From Paraburkholderia sp. (lineage in GTDB: Bacteria > Pseudomonadota > Gammaproteobacteria > Burkholderiales > Burkholderiaceae): a DNA stretch of 64,000 nucleotides. The stretch lies in contig JBCNPL010000001.1 in assembly GCA_039593375.1 (NCBI GenBank), positions 8,862-72,861 on the forward strand, read 5' to 3'. The position numbers were made by a program, and so were the translations under genes. This document shows positions 57,182 to 64,000 of the stretch, one piece after another. The notes under the pieces are model-generated. The model was not told the DNA's origin. It made no database searches and was given only the letters and a program-made list of their open reading frames with translations. Position 1 is the stretch's first letter. Each line of letters starts with the position of its first letter.

Positions 57182-58516
57182 TCATCGTTGTGCCGGATCG
57201 AAATGTTTCTTGATTCCCTGCCAGCATTCGAAGTAGTTCGCCTGCAACTGCGCGGTATCGAGCGCGAAGCGAGTCGGACGGATCAGCGTGCGTGTCTCGA
57301 ACATGAATGCCATCGTATCGGCGATCTTCCGCGGCTTCGACGTATCGCTCGCCGATGCCTTCTCGACCGTATCGGCGTCCGGGCCGTGCCCCGACATGCA
57401 GTTGTGCAAGCTCGCGCCGCCAGGAACGAAGCCCTCGGCCTTGGCATCGTAGACGCCATGAACGAGCCCCATGAATTCGCTCGCGACGTTGCGATGGAAC
57501 CAAGGCGGTCGGAACGTGTTCTCGGCCGCGAGCCAGCGCGGCGGGAAAATCACGAAATCGAGCGTGTCGACGCCGGGCGTATCGCTTTGCGCCTGCAACA
57601 CGAGGAAAATAGACGGATCGGGATGATCGTAACTGATCGAGCCGATGGTGTTGAAAAGACGCAGATCGTACTTGTACGGCGCATAGTTTCCGTGCCACGC
57701 CACCACATCGAGCGGCGAGTGATCGATACCGGCGCTCCAGAGCAGGCCGTTCAATTTTGCGACGAGTTCGAACTCGCCCTCGCGATCCTCATAGCTCGCA
57801 TGCGGCGTGAGGAAGTCGCGCGGATTGGCGAGGCCGTTGGAGCCGATCGGTCCGAGGTCCGGCAGCCGCAACAGCGCGCCGAAGTTCTCGCAGATGTAGC
57901 CGCGCGCCTTGCCGTCCGGCAGCGCGACCGCGAAGCGCACGCCGCGCGGAATCACCGCGATCTCGAACGGCTCGACGTCGAGCCGGCCGAGCTCCGTCGC
58001 GATATGCAGACGGCCCGATTGCGGGACGATCAGCAGCTCGCCGTCAGCGCTGTAGAAAAAGCGGTCCTGCATCGAGCGGTTCGCCGCGTAGAGGTGAATC
58101 GCGCAGCCGCTCATCGCGGCGGCCGAGCCGTTGCCCCCCATCGTTAGCCAGCCTTCGACGAAGTCGGTCGGCTCGAGTGGCATCGGCAGCGGGTCCCAAC
58201 GCAGCTGATTCGGTGGTGTCGGCGGCACATCGGCGGAATCCGAGAAGTTCGACACGAGCCGCTGCGGGCCCTCGAAGCGTTCGAAGGGTCGGTGCACCGC
58301 GGCCGGGCGAATTCGATACAGCCATGAGCGGCGGTTGTGGGCGCGTGGCGCGGTGAAGGCAGTGCCCGACAACTGCTCCGTGTAAAGGCCATAGGGCGCA
58401 CGTTGCGGAGAGTTGCGGCCAACCGGCAGCGCGCCCGGCAGCGCTTCGGTCGCGAACTCGTTCGCGAAGCCGCTCAGGTAGCCGGCCGCGGACGGTTTGG
58501 AAAGATCGAGCGTCAT
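57182..58516 (-). CDS. hmgA: Homogentisate 1,2-dioxygenase
   Basis: [66 protein letters not shown]. Confidence 0.96.
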   Translation of the reverse strand: MTLDLSKPSAAGYLSGFANEFATEALPGALPVGRNSPQRAPYGLYTEQLSGTAFTAPRAHNRRSWLYRIRPAAVHRPFERFEGPQRLVSNFSDSADVPPTPPNQLRWDPLPMPLEPTDFVEGWLTMGGNGSAAAMSGCAIHLYAANRSMQDRFFYSADGELLIVPQSGRLHIATELGRLDVEPFEIAVIPRGVRFAVALPDGKARGYICENFGALLRLPDLGPIGSNGLANPRDFLTPHASYEDREGEFELVAKLNGLLWSAGIDHSPLDVVAWHGNYAPYKYDLRLFNTIGSISYDHPDPSIFLVLQAQSDTPGVDTLDFVIFPPRWLAAENTFRPPWFHRNVASEFMGLVHGVYDAKAEGFVPGGASLHNCMSGHGPDADTVEKASASDTSKPRKIADTMAFMFETRTLIRPTRFALDTAQLQANYFECWQGIKKHFDPAQR

Positions 58517-58663
58517 CGTTCAGTTCCTTGAGTCCCGGCGCGGATCTGAACCGGGCAAGTCATTCGAGGTCGCCGATGTGAACTTGCAGGCACAACGCGC
58601 CCCAACGGCGCGTCGATTGACGGATCGTGCAACTCGTTCACTACGCGTGACGCCAAGTTTACG

Positions 58664-59446
58664 CTAGTCTTGCTCGCTATCGAGCAACGCAAGCGCCGCG
58701 CGTAACGGCGCGCCATCGCCGCCGAGCAGCTCGGTCGCGCGAATCGAGGCTTCCACCATCGGTCTTCGCATCTTCCGCAGCAGCACTTCGTCGACGCGCG
58801 AGCACGGTCCCGCGAGCGTCAGCGCGCCGGCAAGCGGTTGCCCCGCCGAAAAAACGGGCGTGGAGATCCCAGCCGTTTCGGCATCGCGCTCGCCGATCGA
58901 GATGTAATAGCCGTCGCGCCGGATCGCGTCATGAAGCTGGCCGCGGGCACCACCGAATGCCGTCAGCACGCGCCCGCCCGATCCCTTGTCCATCGGCAGC
59001 ACGTCGCCCTCGCGAACATGATCGCGGATCGTATGGGTGGAATCCACGCGGTGCAAGCACACGCGCACGTTGTGCTGCCTGATATAGAACGAGACGCTTT
59101 CACCGCTTCCGTCACGCAGCGCGCGCATCAACGGCAGCACTACATCGCCGAGCTGAAGGCCGCGTTGATAGAGCGCACCCAATTGCAACGCGCCTGGGCC
59201 GACGAAATAGCGGCCGTCGTCGGAGCGCAACAGCATGCGATGGTGAGTCAGCGATGCAATCAACCGCAAGATGGTGCTCTTGTAGAGGCCGGTGCGCGCG
59301 GCGATTTCCGCGAGCGACAACCCCTTGTCGTCGGAGCGAAACGCGAACAGGATCGCAAAGGCGCGATCGAGCGCCGCAACGCCGTCGGGCGCCGTCGACA
59401 GTGCCGCACTCGCATCGGTGGACGGACGATTGGAACCAGCAGCCAT
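58664..59446 (-). CDS. IclR family transcriptional regulator
   Basis: LDRAFAIL, LAEIA.RTGLYKSTILR, GESVSF, GSGGRVL, ERD. Confidence 0.92.
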   Translation of the reverse strand: MAAGSNRPSTDASAALSTAPDGVAALDRAFAILFAFRSDDKGLSLAEIAARTGLYKSTILRLIASLTHHRMLLRSDDGRYFVGPGALQLGALYQRGLQLGDVVLPLMRALRDGSGESVSFYIRQHNVRVCLHRVDSTHTIRDHVREGDVLPMDKGSGGRVLTAFGGARGQLHDAIRRDGYYISIGERDAETAGISTPVFSAGQPLAGALTLAGPCSRVDEVLLRKMRRPMVEASIRATELLGGDGAPLRAALALLDSEQD

Positions 59447-59552
59447 GAATAGCAAAGGTCGAAAATGACGGAATGCAGATCAGGTGAAGCGGACCGCGGA
59501 GCGCATCGCATTCCTTGCGCCGCGGCGGCGTTACGCCTGACGGAGCGTCATT

Positions 59553-60461
59553 TTACTTCGCGCGGCCTGACTCGCTCCAATCGGCGCGCAATACCGAGCC
59601 GGTGCTCGAATCCGTGATGAAAAGCGTCTCTCGCCGCGGGCCGCCGAAAGTGACGTTGGTAATCGTACGGCCTGCGCACGATTCGATCTTCGCAATGCCT
59701 TCGCCGTGAGCATTGAGCACGAACACCGCGCCCAGCGATGCGTGCGCGACGAACAAGTTTCCCTGCGCGTCCATCGTCAAGCCATCCGGGCCGCTGATTC
59801 CGTAAAACTGTGCGAAGCGCCCCACCTTGCTGGTGCTTCCATCGGGAAGCAACGGCATTCGCCATATCGAGTTGTCTCGCGTCATCGCCACGAACAGTAC
59901 CTTCTCCTTGGCATCGAGCACGAGACCGTTAGGGCTGGGTCCATTGTCGATAAGACAATCGAGGCGGCCCGCAGCCGTCAACCGAAAAACGCGCCCAGTC
60001 GGGTCGTGCAGACCCGTTTGGCCTTGATCGGTGAAATAGATGTCGCCGTTGCTCGCCACGATCAGATCGTTGACGCCCTTGAAGCGCTCACTGTTGCGTC
60101 GCGTGAGCAGAGGCCGCACCTCGCCTTGCGCGGGATCGAGTTTCATCAGGCCGTTCTTGTAGTCCGCGATGATCAGACGATGTTCCGGATGCCAGGCGAG
60201 GCCATTGGGCTCGCCGTCGTAATTCGCGATCGCACGCCATTCGAGCGTCGGTGAAATCTGGAAGATTCGGCCATGCGGAATGTCAACGACATAAAGATTG
60301 CCCTGCGCATCCAAACAGGGCCCTTCGATGAAGCAGTCGATCGCGTCTCCGCCCTTGTTCGCGCGCGACCAGTCCGTCACCACACCGTGCTTGCGCAATT
60401 CGTCGGGCATGACAGTGTGGATGCTCGTCGCGATAACTCGCGGTGCGGGGTGCCAGCTCAT
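59553..60461 (-). CDS. SMP-30/gluconolactonase family protein
   Basis: FIEGP, PNGL, GVNDL, YFTD, GPDGL..D..GN; ATGA overlap with the upstream gene. Confidence 0.9.
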   Translation of the reverse strand: MSWHPAPRVIATSIHTVMPDELRKHGVVTDWSRANKGGDAIDCFIEGPCLDAQGNLYVVDIPHGRIFQISPTLEWRAIANYDGEPNGLAWHPEHRLIIADYKNGLMKLDPAQGEVRPLLTRRNSERFKGVNDLIVASNGDIYFTDQGQTGLHDPTGRVFRLTAAGRLDCLIDNGPSPNGLVLDAKEKVLFVAMTRDNSIWRMPLLPDGSTSKVGRFAQFYGISGPDGLTMDAQGNLFVAHASLGAVFVLNAHGEGIAKIESCAGRTITNVTFGGPRRETLFITDSSTGSVLRADWSESGRAK

Positions 60462-61294
60462 CGATCGCCTCCCGGATAATGACGCTCGGCTTTGCCCGTG
60501 TATCGATAGGGCATTTGGCGCGGCATCGGGCCTTTGTTGCGCTCGGCACGCCCTCGTTGTTCCCAAGCGTGAGACAGGATACCCACTGCGCGCGAGAGGC
60601 AAAAGACGCCGCGTGCCAGTTCGGGCTCGAAGCCGAGTTCGGCATAGATGACGGCCGTCGCGCCGTCGATGTTCATCGGAATCGAGCGGCCCTTGCGCGT
60701 TTTCAACAAGGACTCGATGCCTCGTGCAATAGCGGCATACCGTCCAGACACGACGCCGGCCGCGGCGCCTTCGTCAACCATCGCCAGCAGCCGGCCCGCG
60801 CGCGGATCGATCGGATGGAAGCGGTGCCCGAAGCCGGGCAGGTACTTGCCGTGTGCCGCGACGAACGCATCGATCGAACGCTCGACCGCGCTCTCCATGG
60901 TTGCCCCTTCCGCGTGTGCCCGCTCGATCGCGTGAAAGAGCTCGACCGCTTGCTGTCCCGCGCCGCCATGCACATCGTCGAGCGTATTGAGCGCCGAAGC
61001 CATCGCGCCATTCAACGGCAACCCGCAGCTGACGGCCATGCGCGAAATCGCGATCGACGGCGCATGAGGACCGTGATCGACGGACGCCACGAGCGCTGCC
61101 TCCAACAAGCGCGCCTGGCCCGCCGAGGGCAGCTCGCCACGCAGCATCAGCCAGATCATCCGCGGAAAACTGACCGCACCGATCAACTCCTCAATCGGGT
61201 ATCCGCGCACACGAATCGAGCCCGGATGAATGTCGACGATCGACGTGCTCCAGTAGTCGGCGGCGAGCGCTCCAAAATCACTGGTATGGATCAT
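60458..61294 (-). CDS. Citryl-CoA lyase / citrate synthase-like protein
   Basis: IRVRGYPIEELIG, VDHG, HGGAG, PGFGHRFH..DPR, PMNIDG, SRAVG. Confidence 0.85.
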   Translation of the reverse strand: MIHTSDFGALAADYWSTSIVDIHPGSIRVRGYPIEELIGAVSFPRMIWLMLRGELPSAGQARLLEAALVASVDHGPHAPSIAISRMAVSCGLPLNGAMASALNTLDDVHGGAGQQAVELFHAIERAHAEGATMESAVERSIDAFVAAHGKYLPGFGHRFHPIDPRAGRLLAMVDEGAAAGVVSGRYAAIARGIESLLKTRKGRSIPMNIDGATAVIYAELGFEPELARGVFCLSRAVGILSHAWEQRGRAERNKGPMPRQMPYRYTGKAERHYPGGDR

Positions 61295-61312
61295 GAGGAT
61301 TCCTGATTGAGA

Positions 61313-62773
61313 TCAGCGATTGATGTCCTCGAGAGCAAGGCCCTTCGTGGACGGTCCCATGCTGCCGATCAGCAGCATCACGAACACCATGCAGCCGGTA
61401 ATCATGTAGAAGACACCCGTTGCGCCGAAATCGCGCAGGAAGAACGCGACGACGAACCCTGAAAAAATCGCGCTGAGCCGGCTCCATGAATAGACGAAGC
61501 CGATCGCGCGGGCGCGAATTTCGGTGGGATACAGTTCCGACTGATACGTCTGAAACGAGTAGCTCATGATCGTGAGCGCAAGATTCATGAAGAGCCCGAA
61601 TGCGACAAGCCCTACGGCGCCGGTCTGATTCGCGAACAATAGACCGAATGCGGCAGCGGCCCCCGCCGCTCCCACGAGGCTCCATTTGCGTTCGACCTTG
61701 TCGGCAAAATAGAAGAATAGAGCCGGGCCGAACGGTAAAGCGATCGACATCATGAATGAATACTGCAGGCTATGGACGAGGCCGAAGCCCTTGCTCGTCA
61801 GCAGCGACGGGATCCAGTTGCTGAAACCGTAAAAACCGATGACCTGAACCGCGTTGAACAATGACAACATGACCGTGCGCTTAAGATACGGTGCTTTCAA
61901 CACGTCGCGGAAGGAGCGTTCCGTCGTCGGAGCGTTGTGTTCGTGAGGCGCGGGCTCGGGCAATGCACGGCCATACTGACGCTCCACGATGCGCTCGACC
62001 TTTGCCGTCACGCGCGCCGCATCGTCGAGCCGGCCTTGAGCCACCAGCCAGCGGGGACTTTCGGGGATGCCGAGCCGAATGAGCCAAACCAACGCCGCAC
62101 CGATCGCGCTCGCGAGCACGACCCAACGCCAGCCGTCGACGCCGAACGGGTGCATCGGCACGAGCCACCACGACATCAGAGCGACCGCGGGCACGGCGCA
62201 ATAAGGCACGACCTGAGTAATCGCGAACGCGCGGCCTCTCAGGTTCTTCGGCATGAGCTCCGCGACGTAGGTATTGATCGTCACCATTTCGACGCCGAGC
62301 CCGATGCCGGCGAGCAAGCGAAACAAGTTGACGCCGAGCGAGCTATGCTGGAATGCCATCAAAACACTGGCCGCCGTATAGGCGAGCAATGCGACCACGA
62401 AAATGCGTCGTCGCCCGAACCGATCGGCCAAAAAGCCGAGCCCCAGCGTCCCGATGAAAAGTCCCGTGAACGTGGCTGCCACAAACGCGGCAATGCTGTT
62501 CATCGCGAAGATCGACGTCGATGTCTTGACGAACAGTCCGCTTGCGATCAGGCCGGGCGCGATATAGCCCGTCATGAACAGATCATAGAACTCGAAGCAG
62601 CCGCCGAGCGACAGCAGGAATACGATGCTCCAGATATGGCGTGTCGCAGGCAGCCGATCGAGTCGGGCGACGATCGCGCGCGCGGCGAAATCGCGCTCGG
62701 CTGTCACGGGGCGTGCTTGAGTCGATTCGATCTGCGTCGGCGGGATCGCTCCCGCGGCAAGGGTCGGTTTCAT
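61313..62773 (-). CDS. MFS transporter (YdjE/aromatic acid-like)
   Basis: ARLDRLP, FEFYDL, LADRFGRR, PESPRWL, ELYPT.IRA. Confidence 0.92.
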   Translation of the reverse strand: MKPTLAAGAIPPTQIESTQARPVTAERDFAARAIVARLDRLPATRHIWSIVFLLSLGGCFEFYDLFMTGYIAPGLIASGLFVKTSTSIFAMNSIAAFVAATFTGLFIGTLGLGFLADRFGRRRIFVVALLAYTAASVLMAFQHSSLGVNLFRLLAGIGLGVEMVTINTYVAELMPKNLRGRAFAITQVVPYCAVPAVALMSWWLVPMHPFGVDGWRWVVLASAIGAALVWLIRLGIPESPRWLVAQGRLDDAARVTAKVERIVERQYGRALPEPAPHEHNAPTTERSFRDVLKAPYLKRTVMLSLFNAVQVIGFYGFSNWIPSLLTSKGFGLVHSLQYSFMMSIALPFGPALFFYFADKVERKWSLVGAAGAAAAFGLLFANQTGAVGLVAFGLFMNLALTIMSYSFQTYQSELYPTEIRARAIGFVYSWSRLSAIFSGFVVAFFLRDFGATGVFYMITGCMVFVMLLIGSMGPSTKGLALEDINR

Positions 62774-62814
62774 GTCTTCCTCCAGATAGGTATCCCGCGG
62801 CGCTACGTTGGCCG

Positions 62815-64000
62815 TCAGATCGCGCCTTCGTTTCTTAGCCGTGCGACCGCCTGGGCATCGAGGCCGAGCTGCGCGAGGCGCGCTTGCGTGTGCTCGGATA
62901 AATGAGGTGCGCGCTTGACAGGGCCGCCCGACGACGGTTCGCCCTGCGCATCGATCAAGCGAAAGCCCGCGCGCGTGACGCGCTGGATGCTCTCACCGTC
63001 TTCGAGCTCATGAATGAATTGGCGCTCGGCGATCTGCGGCTGGCGAATGGCTTCAGGCACGCTCAAGACGAGTCCGGCCGGGACGCCGGCGGCGACGAGA
63101 CGGGCTTCCCAATGAGCGGCGCGATGAGCGCTCAGCGCGGCCTCGATTTCATGCTTGAGCTCGGCGCGATGCCGCTTGCGTGCGTCCCGCTCGCGGAATC
63201 GCTCGTCTTGCGTGAGTTCCGGACGACCGATGACTTCGCATAGCGCGACGAATTGCTTCGTTTCGTTGGCGGCGATGTTCAACATGCCTTCACCGCATGC
63301 AAAGGTGCCCGAGGGAGCCGCGGTGAAATTCTCGTTGCCCATGGGCGTGGGCTCGACGCCCGCGTTCAGAAAATTCGATACCACCCAACCCATCGTCGAC
63401 ATCGTCGCCTCGAGCATCGAGACGTCGATGATTGTTCCTTCGCCGGTGCGCTGCGCGGCGAATACCGCGGCGCAGATGGCGAGCGCCGCGCTCATGCCGC
63501 CGACGGTATCGGCGACGGGATAGCCGACGCGCAGCGGCGCGGTGTCCGGGCCACCGGTAACGCTCATTGCGCCTGACATGCCTTGGATGATCTGATCGTA
63601 TGCCGGCCTGTGCGCGAGCGGCCCGTCATTGCCGAACCCGGAGATCGCGCAGTACACGAGGCGCGGATTCAGAGCGAGCAGCGATTGCGCGCCCAGCCCC
63701 AGGCGCTCCATCACGCCGGGACGGAAGTTCTCGACCAACGCGTCCGCCTCCGTCACGAGCCTGCGCAAGATCGCCTTGCCGGCTTCGTGCTTGAGGTTGA
63801 GCGTCATCGATTCCTTGCCGGCGTTCACCGCAACGAACGACGCGCCCATGTTGCGCGCCGATGCCGCCGGGTCGGCGCCCAAACGGCGCGCCAGATCGCC
63901 GCCGTCGGGATTCTCGATCTTGAGGACGTCGGCGCCGAGCAGAGCGAGTTGGTATGTGCAAAACGGCCCGGACAGGACATTGGACAAATCCAGGACACGA
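62815..64000 (-). CDS. CaiB/BaiF family III CoA-transferase, 5' end beyond the window
   Basis: VLDLSNVLSGPFC, LGADVLKIE, NAGK.S, ENFRPGVM, AYDQIIQGMSG, GYPVAD. Confidence 0.93.
   Translation of the reverse strand, partial: RVLDLSNVLSGPFCTYQLALLGADVLKIENPDGGDLARRLGADPAASARNMGASFVAVNAGKESMTLNLKHEAGKAILRRLVTEADALVENFRPGVMERLGLGAQSLLALNPRLVYCAISGFGNDGPLAHRPAYDQIIQGMSGAMSVTGGPDTAPLRVGYPVADTVGGMSAALAICAAVFAAQRTGEGTIIDVSMLEATMSTMGWVVSNFLNAGVEPTPMGNENFTAAPSGTFACGEGMLNIAANETKQFVALCEVIGRPELTQDERFRERDARKRHRAELKHEIEAALSAHRAAHWEARLVAAGVPAGLVLSVPEAIRQPQIAERQFIHELEDGESIQRVTRAGFRLIDAQGEPSSGGPVKRAPHLSEHTQARLAQLGLDAQAVARLRNEGAI

Overview
GC-rich betaproteobacterial DNA, most like Burkholderiaceae (inferred from gene content and protein style). 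No rRNA, tRNA, CRISPR array, transposase or integrase was recognised. All family assignments come from recalled motifs, not database searches. Left to right: (1) the end of a BNR/sialidase-DeoR-SDR unit, a small secreted protein and a PLP dehydratase; (2) a LysR-linked cluster matching the 2,3-diketogulonate to L-lyxonate branch of L-ascorbate catabolism, with three promoters sharing a 30-bp box; (3) a type IB topoisomerase; (4) a trimeric autotransporter adhesin with a BamE/SmpA-domain lipoprotein and a TPR-glycosyltransferase; (5) the best candidate for an undescribed system, an 11-gene, ~16-kb operon. It joins an Nfr (phage N4 glycan receptor)-type exopolysaccharide machine (wecB, nfrB, nfrA, ybcH-like) to a BcsB-like subunit and a hybrid acylation relay (DltA-like ligase, DltC-like carrier, AlgI-type MBOAT, two AlgJ/X-like proteins, AlgF-like). 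This suggests an aminoacylated, c-di-GMP-controlled, probably ManNAc-containing surface glycan; (6) two GNATs and a GT4; (7) a DeoR-controlled sugar/polyol ABC operon with two SDRs, an FGGY kinase and a split transketolase; (8) a PaoABC-like molybdoenzyme, hmgA, and an IclR/lactonase/citryl-CoA lyase-like/MFS/CoA-transferase unit that runs off the right edge.
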